A stretch of DNA of 64,000 bases from assembly GCF_037042905.1 (NCBI RefSeq), contig NC_087251.1:19780001-19844000 (forward strand), written 5' to 3'. Within the stretch, counting starts at the first letter, position 1. Every line of letters begins with the position of its first letter. Position numbers and translations under genes: made by a program. Positions 12,799-25,851 of this stretch are shown in pieces. The notes below the pieces were generated by a model. It saw only the letters and a list, made by a program, of their open reading frames with translations, was not told the DNA's origin and did not search any database. The DNA comes from Lytechinus pictus. Taxonomy: Eukaryota.

Positions 12799-13022
12799 CA
12801 CTCTTAAAATAAATGGGCAAACATTGCCCAACTTTTAACCAAACCTGGGCAACATACTGTTAAGACAGCTTTTGGTTAAAATCTGTCCAAATTGGGTAAT
12901 AAAAACTAATAATTGGGTCATAAATTTGTTCAATTGGATAATAATTGCCCAGAATATATATATTTTTTACCAAAATACATTACCCAAGACAGTGGACTGT
13001 ATGTTGCCCAACATTTTAAGTA
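12799..13022. mobile_element. Degenerate non-autonomous DNA element with CACTCTTAAAA terminus (CMC/EnSpm-like MITE)
   Basis: Starts CACTCTTAAAA. Subterminal TGGGCAACATACTGT is inverted against ACTGTATGTTGCCCA near 12995-13010. Internal TTGCCCA/TGGGYAA repeats. The right terminus (TTTTAAGTAT) is decayed. Confidence 0.55.
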
Positions 13023-16000
13023 TATGCTGTTGTTGTTAGCTATGTTTAAAGTTATCCAAATTTTGTTTGCTTACCCTCAATGAACACAAACAATATTATT
13101 AACAGTAAAATCATAAATGAAAGAGGAATGTAATTTGCCTCATGAAACATGATTATCTAATCGTCATTGTAATATAAAATTTTTGTAATAGTTGTACATT
13201 AATATTGTGTAAATTCATTTTTATTTGTATTTTACATCTACCGAAAAAAATGTTTTTCGTTTTAAGTGATCCTACGTTAATCATATAATGTGAAAATAAA
13301 ATCAAACGTATGATAAACCTGTATGTCAAAGTATAAGGTAAAAGTAAGCACATTACTTTCTGGTACTGTAGAAATGGCTGCATCGGATGGGAGAATGAGG
13401 GGATAAGATACGGGTGGGTTGACCGAGAGAGATGCAACGTCGCTCGCGTGTTCCATCCAAGCCTCTCAATTGCTTCTTCTTTCATCGCTTTCTTTCCTCT
13501 ATTTGAACTCAAACATGCGCATAATAGAGTAATTTATGTGGGTCTAAACGAGGTGCACCGACTCCCATCGAATGTGAAAAAACGAAGGGAAGGGGAAAGG
13601 AAGGGGAGAGGGGAGGGGATGAATGTAAGATGGTGGAGAAATTGAGTGAGAGCGAGGAAAGGGGAGTGGGGAAAAAATCTTTTACATTCACACGATTTGC
13701 GAAACTTGAAACCCTTCTTTGTCCCTTTGTGACACTTCTCTGTCCGACTGAAGAAGAATTAGAAATTTGAAGGGGAAAGGCGGCGGGCGACGGAATCGAA
13801 AGAGTTACCATTATTTGTGAGTTTATCTCCAATGGTAATACTTGATATGAAAATTCGGACACTGTTGAGCATTCTCCCATATGCTGTACTGATTGCGTGA
13901 CTACCAGAGTTGCATGAAAATGTGGCAATTCTATGACATTTCCTCCCAGCACAATGAATATGAAAGGATTACATTTCAAATGTGTAATTGTTTCAAATAT
14001 CAAATTAAAGTGAATTATCACTCTCCGAGAAGTCCTATTATAGTAGAGGAAACCAACCCCAAAGATATAGGCTCTGATAATTTTCTAAATAATGGCCTTA
14101 TGAGTTATTTAGAGCTTTGCACTTGAATTTGTGTTCTAATAAATATACCAAAGGTTCTGTCATTGCTTTGATGTACCATGATTAAAATTCAATAAATACA
14201 AACGCAGCCACTATTGGGGAGAGAAGTGTCCCTGCCATACATACATCTGAGGTTTCAGGATTGTTGACCAGTTTATTAATGATCCAAAGTCAACATCGAC
14301 GAATTCTTGGTGATCTGTAGGCAGGAAAAAAGAAAAATAAAAGAAAATTCTAAACGTAGTAATTTAACACTTACAGTACATTGTACACGAGGATGCTGCG
14401 TAATTTTGTGGATATTCATATTTATTTATCTATGTCTTTTTCATTCAATTACACTGGGAGATATGGATATTTTCATTCATTATATCGATACTTTACAAAT
14501 AGTTTATCAAACATTGTTATCTCGCAAATCATGATAGCATGGACAAAAATATTTTTTTTTATAGTGAAAGCAAACAAGCGTGAATAAAGCATGACACATT
14601 ATTCTCGCTGATTTACCGAGTTTTTTAAAAGACATTTGCCTTTACACGAACATGACGAATGATTACATTCTGAGATGTGCGTAATATGTGTGTGTATGTG
14701 AGGGAGGGTGTCTGATGGTGTAAGTGTGTGTGTGAAAAAGAGAGAGCGTTTGTTTAGTTTTATCAGGCATATATGTGTTGTTTGCTTACTCGACATAGAA
14801 TATATCAAATCACATAATATATTATTCGATTCAACTCAATTTTATCCACATACTTCAAAAGACACATCAAATAATTTGGCAGATGCAATTTTACAAATCA
14901 ATACAAATTACATAATATAACACTAGAATGACATACATACACATATAACATTATAAAATAAATACTAAATATGCAATGTAGATGATGTGGGGAAATAATA
15001 AGACCATTGACCTATATAAATGTTTATTCCCAAATTTACCACACTTCAAATAATGAAATACCTGTACACACTTAAACACAGTAGTTAATCATATATATTA
15101 TTTTCGCCTGAATTACGCATGAAGAAGCATCTCGATTTACATACTTAATTTAATTTAATTCACTTACTAGTAATTTACTTACTTACTTAAAATATTATTT
15201 TAATATGACTAATGCCTCTCAATATTCTTACTGAAACTAAATTGATTATTCGAATATTTCGGGAAAAAAAAGAATTTGGTAACGACATATAACTTTACAG
15301 TGTGTATCGTAAGAGCACATGAAAGGGCAAACCAAAATGTGAGTGACATTTCTGATATTGTTATGATTACGTCACTTCCTTCCACATGCCCGGATGAATA
15401 TGAATTTGTGTCATTTCCTGCCACTTGCCTATTACGCCTATATTATTGTGGAGATGTTTCCATTCGATACTTTTGGCAAGGTGACAGTTCTGAGTTTATC
15501 TGTTGACACTTTGACCAGGCAAATCTCACATCTTCGAGAGGACTATACTCCTCCTGACTGGGCCCACAAGGATTAGTCAAGAACAATTCATCTACATCAA
15601 TGTGTAATCGAAAATGGATCGAAGATCTGATTAAATATTTTTGACAAATACCCCGTCTTATCTCCTCTCATTAACTCGTAATTATTTGTAATATTTAGCA
15701 GGATTAAACCATCCATCTGTTACAATATCATGAACAGAATTATGACCAAAAAAGTTATAATGTTTACCAACACTCTTTAAAAAATAGGTTCAACTTTGCT
15801 CCTTGGTGATCCTATAATGAAAAGCTGCAAATTACATCTGTAAAGGTGTTCCCAGTATGATAAGGTTGCATCTTATAGGTGCAACTATCGAAAACCTTTA
15901 TTGTTTTTCGTTGATATAATCGAAAAGTAAAACCTTTGTTTTCTAAATAAAGAAAGATACTCCAGGCTTCGGAAATGTAAGTAATGTTTATCCCCTTTGC

Positions 16001-17926
16001 ACTACCGCCGGTCCCCATCAACAGCCTTACGATTCAGAAGCAATACAATGCTGTAATCCCCTATTCGATATCTATGATTTTTGACGCGAAGGCCTATATT
16101 TCCCGCCATGGACTCACCTCGACCTATTTTCTCTTGATTACCTGTCATCTCCACTCCCAAGTTCCCATGCATCATCATTGATCCCCGGTCTTATAGCATC
16201 GAGACACCAAAACCAAGTCATCCTTAACCCCCTCAACACATCATCATCATCGAAGGCACCCGTCGTTGCAAGATTCTTTAACGTCTTCATAACATTCTTA
16301 ACGGCCAATGGGTTAACCTGCATATCAGACAAGGTCAAGGATGCATGGTCAAGTTTCAAAACCGAGCTATCAATTCTTGACTTTCTTGATTCTTTAGGGG
16401 TTTTTTCGGGGTTTATTTGTTTGCTTTGCATTGTGTTTCTTCATCATCAGATCATGTATAATCCCTGCATTATTTTGTCTCTGACGCTGTTTGCGATGTC
16501 AGGCCATGGAAGTCTTAATTCAAAAATATTCGCCGATCTTTGTTATTTTCTGTTTTATTCTCATCCCTTTGTCTCATTTTTATCATTCATTAATTTTTTT
16601 TTTCATACAGCTCTTAATTTTTTTCACATTTTCGAATCTTTCTTCACCATTGACGTGATTGACACCCCGAAATACAGGGCGGTTCAAAACTATCTTATAT
16701 ATCAAATGGGACTATTTCACCATAAATCACATTTGCCAAGTTTAAATTCTCCAATAATTCAAATAAAGCCTTTGAATTGAAAAGATATACCAACTAAACA
16801 CTTTGACATTGTATCCTTGTAATTATACCACTTTCCATATACCTTCTTCCTTTCATTTAGTCTTTTATTAACAAAGTCAAATTATCCATACATCGAATGT
16901 GGAGTGTAATATCACTCGTAACTTTTATCATCAATCGTCCAAACGATTTAAACGTTCAAAGGACTTCATCCTTTCCAATCAATGTACATAAATCAGTTTT
17001 TCTATTTCTGTGTGATATATCTAAAGACCCACCATGGAGATACCATTTTAATTTATTTCAGTCAAGTCGAAAGTGACTCTCTGAAATAATTGGATCTCTC
17101 TAGCAAAAGGAAATAAACATCAAGAAACAATTAGGAGAAGTACGTGTGTATATGACAGATCGTGCTCATCAAGCAAGTCTGATTTGTATAAGTGTTAAGA
17201 ATCAAATGTTGCCTCTCTATCATTCACTTTGTGTACGTGTTAGACAAACGAGAGGAAGTTTTAAATTTGTTAATTCATCCATCATTCGCAATAACTCTGG
17301 TATCATAAATTATTGTTCCAATGGCTGCTTCAAAAACATTCTCCTGAAGTAATGAAATACTTTATAGGACACACGCCTGTAATTATTATGCCATACACTC
17401 ATATAGAAAAGAGCATGAGCATTTCAAGAAAAGAAACTCATTAGGAATAATGATGACACTATTGAATCCCTTTTCATTTGGTAGATTGTAGAAGGAGAAT
17501 TGTCCCGCGGTTTTTGTTTTTGTTTTCTCGGTAGAGCCTGCAACTACCACCCTAAACTAGGTTGTTAAACCAAATATCAATGAAGTTAGGATTCCGTATG
17601 CCACCAAAAATGTCCATAAAAATTCGACGTGGAATCAAAGGATTATCTCTCTCTCTCTCCATCTACATATATTTATCTAGCTATCTCATTATACCACTAT
17701 AGATATGAAAAGCACTTCTTTAAGGTCGTATAAAAAGAGGTTTTATAATATGGTATGCTTTTATTGTACAAAAATTATGTTTATGTTCATATATATTATT
17801 ATATCCTTCATGAATTAAATCATGTATGCTGATTGGTTTAAATAGCATCATGTGACCAAACATGTTCTCACTTTTTTGTGATAATGTTGGAAATGAAACG
17901 CCCACTGGAGAAAAAATTGATATTCC

Positions 17927-17972
17927 GTGACGTCAATGATGGATTAGTGCACTATTCCATCATTGACGTCAC
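17927..17972. repeat. 46-bp near-perfect palindrome with a full CRE (TGACGTCA) at each end
   Basis: GTGACGTCAATGATGGATTAGTG|CACTATTCCATCATTGACGTCAC, one mismatch, no spacer. Confidence 0.85.
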
Positions 17973-18314
17973 AGATCATGACGGCGCAAGCACTAATACG
18001 CGTTCCGCGCGCTGAGGGCGTGGCTTGAGGAAAAGTAGGTCAGTAAGCGCAGCGGGTTATCTTGGTTCAGATTTAAAAAAAGGTTGAACTACGAGTACAA
18101 AAACTAGATTATCAAGATCTATATTGTTCTAACTTATTAAAGTAAGATATAAAGCAAATATACTAGGCCTTTATTTCGAGAATATAGAGGGAATTTACTA
18201 TGCCAGTCCCATCTCGGATGAATAATTCCCGCTATACTTACTCAAAGCCTGGTATATTTGTATACTATATCTGTCTGCCATTTTATATATGTATATACAG
18301 ATTTTTTTTCATTG

Positions 18315-18395
18315 TGCAGGGCCCTCAATGAAAGCAGTTTGTCTACTGAAGATGCTACCCTGTTGAAATAAAACTAGAAAAGGTTGATTGAATCA
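18315..18395 (+). mobile_element. Remnant 3' end of an L2/Crack-group LINE
   Basis: CAGGGCCCTCAATGAAAGCAG...ACTGAAGATGCTACCCTGTTGAAATAAA followed by TTGATTGAA. Same layout as the 3' UTR of the LINE at 41668-41880. Confidence 0.45.
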
Positions 18396-20389
18396 AGGAT
18401 ATTTTTCTTTTCAGTCATTACGTCAACTCAAATCATCTTACCTAATCATACATGTAATTATATAAGTTTGACCCTCGCAATTAACAGGAATATGATGTGC
18501 CAGGTTAGGATGATTGATTAAAGCTTACTTTGTCTTAATCTCCTACCCCCCAGGTTCTTAAAAAGGAGAGACGACACTTTAGACAGGTAAGATGATAGAT
18601 AATGCTTCTACTTAGGAGTGTTCGTAGATAGTGCGTATATGGTGGAATTAAATTTGGTGACTCTCATACATATCTGTCATTGCATGAGGAGATATGCTGA
18701 ATGATATGATATATCATCAACAGGTATTTATATTGATGTTCACAAGTGAAACCAGTTTGGTGACAGTAATGAAGTACCTAACGCGCCCTCACCAAACCAA
18801 ACCCAGACGCCCGAAACTTGTATTTAAAAAAAAACTCAAACGAGACGCCATATATCTATGACATTATGCTGTCCATCTTTTTTTTTTTTTTTTTTTTTTT
18901 ACTTCTATCTATGTCTCTGTTCTTCCTCTGATGTAAGAGAACCTACCATCACTATGTCTGGAACCAGATAACTTTCTTTTCATGCTTTCAGATACTCTTT
19001 ACCAAAATTATGTTATCATTATGTTATGTACAAGAGGATAGAAGCGAGAGAACAAACATTGCAAGTCATTATGAAATAATTTTCATGAGTATCGTCACTC
19101 GTTTTTCATGAGGGAGTTGGTAGGGTTTGGGATTCTACGTTCATTTAATATATGCCCTTCACTCCCTCGATATGACTGATGTAGTGTGATTAGAAAATGA
19201 TTTCAGTTGTCTCATTCATTTTGTCATTGAGATTATTTTCGTTGTATTTGCAAGTATTCATGCTACAATGAATGATATACCTTACACGAGGAAAGATGCA
19301 AGAAGGCCAATTTTTTCAGTGAAAGATGTTTACAAAACCAATAACACAGTAACCCATTTCCAACATATAAAGGAAACAAGATGAAAAAAGTGCAGGTAGA
19401 ATAGAATAAAAAGTTGGGATTAACCACTAAAAACGAGAAAGTATAAAGTCGAGTATCTAGGAAACGAATCCCACCTATCAAAGGATACCAAAGGAGTCAT
19501 TTATAATGCCACTCCTGTCTAGCTCTATGCCCCCTTCCCCTTCTTCTTCCTCCTACCCACAATCACGCCCTCCCATGTGCATAGAGTGATTGATACTATA
19601 CACACGTCTACTGATGGATTGGGGATGGAAGTGGTGACGGTAGAGTTGTTATTTGGGACAATACTTGTTGAAAGTTTAGGCAGGAAACACGTAACGAGTG
19701 GGTTCAATCACATTGTTATTTACTGACAATTATTGGAGAGCGCCCGATCAGTCAAGGCTGCATGCGCGCCCAGCCCGTCACCACGGGGACACAACTGAGT
19801 CGGGGTACGATTTAAAATACCAATATTTTTTTTTCTTGTGCAACTATGGTCCTGCAACATGACATTTGGAAATCAATATTGTGTGGGTGATTTTTTTTTA
19901 ACGATTAATTGCATTAATCAACATGTGCAATCAGTCGTACATCAACTATAAAAGTTTGTGTAATACGGGATTCTGTTTTGTTTATGATGGTTGACACCGG
20001 GCGACTGGTGAGCAAGGGAGTGGTAGTAGGGTGTGTGTGTGGGGGGGGGGGGGTAAACTGACCTACCATTATAGGTAATTTCGTCTCATATTAAATACTA
20101 GTGTCTAGTAAGTTGTTTTGGTGAATTTGATGAATTATTCTTAAAATGTACTATGCATCTACGATTCAGGTCACAATGAAGTACCATTTTAATGATAACA
20201 TTCCAGAGCAAGACTTTTCTAAGAAGGCTACCAAAATGTCATTAAAATCATTCTAACCAATATTCTTTCCTTTCTGTTCTATGATGAATATTTCTTTACA
20301 TTGGCCCATTTCTACCTAGCTGTGGTAGATGCATTATAGTTACCAGAGTTAGCATTGTTAGCTAACCCATTAGCATTAAATGCATGCAT

Positions 20390-21200
20390 CAGAGGCTTCG
20401 ATCCTGGGGGGCAGGGGGGCGATCGCCCACCAATGAAAATATTGAGGGGGCAAACATATCGTTTTGCCCCCCCCCCATAATTCCGAATGTGCCAAAATAA
20501 AATGAAGTTGTAGTGTAACACAGCAATCGGCAATAGAGATTGAGATACACAAATCGTTCTTTGTTTAAAATCGTCTTCAAAATGTCCGCTTTTCAGATTG
20601 TAATATAAAAATTTTCAGCTCGCGCTTCGCGCTAGCATCATTTCTTTACCAAAAACCCATACTTTTCATGATTTAATAGGTGAATAGAATGTCCCGTTTT
20701 CAGATCTAAACCTCAAAAGAACTCCCGCTTCGATTGGCAATAATCTTTTGTTAGATATATATCTTGTTCTTTATTAAAAACGTCCATTAAACTGTCATTT
20801 TTCTTAAGATCAAAATGTCAAAATTTTTAGCTCGCGCGCTTCGCGCTCGCATTTATTGTTCTTTTAGATACCCATCTTCATCATTGGTACCAAAATTGCT
20901 TTCAGGTCAGAATAGAAAGGAGTAGTGAGGTATGTATCCTTCCCATTACTACAAACAGTCCTAAACAGGTACTTTTTCCTGTTTTCAGGTCAGTATACTA
21001 AAAAACTTCAGCTCGCGCTTCGCGCTTGCATTAGAATTTGTGGGTTGTAAAAGTGTCTCATTCTCATGAGTCATATATATATAGGCCTATGTGTGTGTGT
21101 GGGTGAGTTTGTTTGTTTTGTGTGATCGAGCGCCTTTGGAACGTTGATTCATAATTTTGCCCCCCCCCCCCCCATCTGAAAAAATGGATCGACGCTCCTG
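20390..21200. mobile_element. Non-autonomous hAT-type element with perfect 8-bp TSD and internal tandem units
   Basis: 15-bp imperfect TIRs CAGAGGCTTCGATCC (20390) / GGATCGACGCTCCTG (21186-21200). TSD GCATGCAT at 20382-20389 and 21201-21208. AGCTCGCGCTTCGCGCTxGCAT occurs three times (~20617, ~20829, ~21010). G- and C-run subterminal regions. Confidence 0.88.
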
Positions 21201-24200
21201 GCATGCATGTATGTATGTATGGGTGTGTGTATGTATATATATGTGTGTATTAGTGTCTGTTCATGTCTTATGTGAACCAAAATATTTTATGGTAATATTG
21301 ACATTATTTTTAAAAAAGAAATCGGCAGTAAAAAATCATCAAACGGTAATTTAAGAAAATCTTTACGTTTCTGTACCCAATTTGTGTTAATTTCGGTAAT
21401 ACATTTCTGACGAAGTGGTCAATAATGCCCTCTTCGTTGGCTTTTCACGTTTTATGATAATTATATAGGATTAGTCAACGTGTTGCGCTATGTTTCGTGT
21501 AACTTTGTATCGATATCTTCAGAGTTGAATGAGACCTAAAGTGACAAAGGTCTGTTGTTTGTTTGTTGTTGTTTTAATCATGCTTACATTATTTTGTGAT
21601 CGAAGGGTTGGAGCTCTTTTCTCACCAAGGCATACTAACGGACTCATAAAACCCTAAAATGTTGGAGACTTAAGCACATAACTGCTCTCATGAGTCGCGT
21701 TCTGTCATGCAGAAGGGTCGTTTTAGGCGCCTTTATATGATTTCATTTCCTTATAATGTTAGACGGTCATTGCAGGCCATGCATGGCTCTCGAAATTCTG
21801 TCAGTCATCAAAATACATTTAAAAGAGAGTCTGTACATTTTGACAACTTTATCTTTCGCTTCTTTTCGGAAATGTTAGAGTGCACCCACAAGGCTCGTAT
21901 ATTTTAGTGGACAAAAACTGACAATTATCCGGCTTGTGATTTAACTGATACCTTTCAGGATAAAATAATGATATCAATACCACCCCTTCCACTTTACCCA
22001 CTTATACGACCTGAAATACGCAAACAATCAGGAATATACAAACCCACAGTTCGAAAGTGTTCTCGAGGAGGTAATATTTAAATAGTCAATATCAACTTCT
22101 TTGTATCAGCTAACCTCATTTTAATCCAAATATTGATATGGAAAAGGAAGAAGAAAAAAATTATGTTTGTAGAAGCTCCCCAAAATAAAAAATTACTTTA
22201 GATATGAATTGTTAATGAGATGAGATGTTGTATCTACTTTATATGGATATTAAAAATACAATTATTCTGTTTCGGGTTTTCTACAAATACGTTTTCCTCA
22301 ACTGCAATATAAAGGGACAAAGTATATCGTACAAACATATACAAATTTCAACCTCGCAGCCTAATTTTCACCTTCTTTATTTGTTACCATACAGAATGGG
22401 TCTCGCATTACGTCTGTCTCACAAATATACCGCTAATATTGATTCAAATCTCTGGCAAATACACGAAAAAGTGGTCGAAGCGGTTCGTCCAGTAAAAAGG
22501 CAAATAAACGCCTGTTGAAATAGATAAAATAAACGCAAAGGTTTGGTATTGAAATTGGTATTATCAATGCAGATTCGATTCGGGTTGCAGTACTTTTCAG
22601 GGAGTGAACATACATTTGTCATTGTAACAATGAACGCTTTACGATGGCTTGATTTGCTCACCTCATGTATTTAGCACAGTTCTTTTTCCGTTTGCTTGTC
22701 TTAGACATATATGAAGATCGATGCAGGTGTCCTTGGAACAAAGATTGCATTCGTGTCTGCCGATGTAAAGTTGAAATGAAATCTCTTAAACATTCTATAC
22801 TTGGCCAAAAACCTACTTTATATGCATTACGTCATCAGAAATAATCCTCTCGTTCATGCGTGCATACATTCAGACTTTTTTTTAAGATTAATTTTATCCA
22901 GTCACGTGACAGTTAGCATAAGCCCAAGAGGTATTCATTTTTTTCAATGAATTTTATTCGTTGTGGGATTACTTAACACCCAATGACGGGTCCATTTGGT
23001 TTAACGACATACATCATGTACATTGACCTTAATTATCAATCCGTAAATGGAAGCGATCATCTTCTTCTATATCTAGGAATTTCTTGGAATATGTTTTTAT
23101 TTCTATCCGATTGAATAATTTATGTCGAACGAGTATCATTGCCCGAAACATATCAACAGAAAAAATGTAGCGATGCAGCATCCATTCTACTTGCCTCATC
23201 GCAAACTAAACATAAACAAGCTGCCTTTTTAGGCAAGCTCGGTAGAAGAGGAAGGAATCGAGGGGGAAATACGCGTAACAATTCTTTAGCAGTGGCGTTT
23301 TCGGCCACATGGTTGTCAAAGAAAATAGATCGGATGTTGTTGTGGTTCACTTGAAATCAGGGGTTAATGGTATTTTTACATCGGATCTAACTCGGCTAGC
23401 TGTTGGGACGTTTTCATAGCAGCTCGCGTGGCGTCTTCACCCTATTCTCTCATTCTCTTTCTCCCTCTCCAGCCCTTCCTCTGATTTGGTCTGAAACTAT
23501 TCTACAGACTTCAAATCTTTCTTCTCTCTCATTTTATTGGTGCCGCGGGCGGCTAACTTCAAATCGGTAATGTTAGAAGCCTGGATGATCCTTAAAATAA
23601 TAATAGTAATGCACTTATGAGGTACAAATGGCATTTCTTAGACGGATGGAAGCGGAAATGTTGTAATAGGTATTGCGTAGGGGAACGATGTAGCACTGTG
23701 CATAACAAAATATAACAAGACACTTCAAGAAGCATCGTGTTACCCTTACCAGGGTATCATACTTCATATTGGCATATACCCACAAGTATATCCTTTTATT
23801 TAAACTACTTCTTGCATTCTTTTTATTGCCTGGAGACACTATATAAAAGAGTCTCATTTTTGTTGGCTCAAAAAGGTTCGAGTTACTGAAGGTAGTTCTT
23901 CACCGTCTGACGAACAGTACCCAAGTTCAAGGTCAGGTCCGAAGCTTGTCATTTAAATGGACCCCGCTAGAAACACTTATATAATTTTGTTTTGAGAAAT
24001 ACCTTAAAAAGCCTAAATAATGTGAAATTAAATATGAAAACGACGAGATCCTGACGTTACATCACATATCAACTCTAGCATTCAAAACACGATTTTACTT
24101 AAAGAAAAGACTGCAAGTCTTGATCATTTGAAACTCTAACAATCAAAACTTGAAATTATGTTATCTGTTAGTTGTAGATTAGGGAAAATAGATTTTCTTG

Positions 24201-25801
24201 CAAAGATTTACTCACATTTGTGGTATGAATAATTGTTTCATTTCTACAGATTATGTGGTTTTCAGAAATACATAGACTTCTATTTCTTTAAGGGAAGAGA
24301 GTGTGGGTTTCTTTCGCAAATTCTAAGGCGAAAAGCGTCCCTGAAAATTATGACAATCTCGAATTTGAATAGTCAAACTATTTGTGTGAAATCTTAATTC
24401 ATTAAGGAAAAATGAATTAAATCGCTTCCTATGTCTCTAATAAAATAGAAATATAACAAGAATTCATTTGACAAAATAGACTTCATAAACATGAAAACAG
24501 ACATCTAATGAGGGCTTAACATAAAAGCAACTCTCACCCATCTGAACATCCCTGAGAAACCCTAGAAACATGCTGCATACAAATATATACATATATTTTT
24601 TCTACAGTTTTTAATGATCCATTTTAAAATCATTACGGATAATGACAACTACATTGACAATATTCATAACACTGAATTAAATTTGAAATCGTACATACAT
24701 GCAATTTCGAGGACAGCTCCCCCCCCCCCCCAAAAAAAAAGAGATAACACTTCTTGACGGTGATTTTGATGTATTAGTGGTTTACTTAGTAGAAAAAAGA
24801 AATATCCCCCCTCCATTTACTTCTGATTTGGCTGATATGACTAAAACATTTTTTTTTTGCATATAATAGCTGCCCTCTGCAGTTTTTAAGATTATTTCAT
24901 CTTGTGCTAACAATATTGTATTTATGTCGAAATTATGTTATCACTCCTCTATGATAAAATTATCACAGTCATAACTAGTATATATTTACCAAATTGCGTA
25001 TCCTACAGGTTCACAAAATGTGGGTAATTAACAATGACAATGATTTTCGTACTCTCGAACTTTGACAGACTGACACGAAACAGAGGCTTAAATGCCAATT
25101 TTCATTGCCTACGCAGGGTATTAAACTAAGCATTAAGCATGTTAAGTGTTTTAAAGTAGAATACATTTTTTTTCGTAATGTTAAAATAAAAAAACAATTA
25201 CCATGCCAGCAATCACATGGGCTTTACAAGATGGCGACGTTGAAACCCAGAGTTAAGCCAGGGTCAAGATAATTTGAAGTAACATTGTCATGAAAGAAAC
25301 CCCTAGAAAACAAGAACACTGGAGAGAGAAGGTGGTTACCGTCATAATATTATGATACATATTGGAAAATCATAGCCGTCTTCTCCTTGCCAAAGCTGCT
25401 CTGCATTATAAGAAAAATTCTTCAACCGTTTCTTGGTTTTCAACAGTGTCATTAAAGCTGCTATCAAAGGCAGGAAAGTCAAATTATGAGCACCTGGATG
25501 GGTTGGAAGGAGATCTGTCAGTGACTTTCTTGCTTTGACATTTAACTTGAAATGTTTGGGAGGGCAAGCATGCACGCTTTTTGGCGTCAGCTGCCAAAGC
25601 TTTTGATAATTCTTAGCTTGTTCATGTCGTGCAAGTTCACGTTGATGGTATGGTGTCTGTCACTTTCAATCAGAATATGTGATTCCATCATACAATTTTC
25701 TTTCTCTCCTTTTCGTACACTTGTTAGTAATTTTGTATTAAACACAAATATCATCAACCTCAACTTCACTCACATGCGTATAGGGAGCTCTTGGAGGATA
25801 T

Positions 25802-25814
25802 CCCCCCCCCCCCC

Positions 25815-25847
<33 letters not shown>
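25802..25847. repeat. C14-A32 homopolymer pair, probably within a decayed repeat (~25770-25970)
   Basis: Direct reading. A similar C-run/A-run junction occurs at 24719-24740. Confidence 0.8.

Positions 25848-25851
<4 letters not shown>

Noticed and set aside
13153..14126. Overlapping ORFs of 119-170 aa
   Set aside because: No motifs; composition reflects purine/pyrimidine tracts; lengths are compatible with chance.
16138..16780. ORFs of 200 aa (+) and 97 aa (-)
   Set aside because: No recognisable domain. The long ORF is F/L/I-rich from T-rich DNA and starts at TTG; no convincing splice context.
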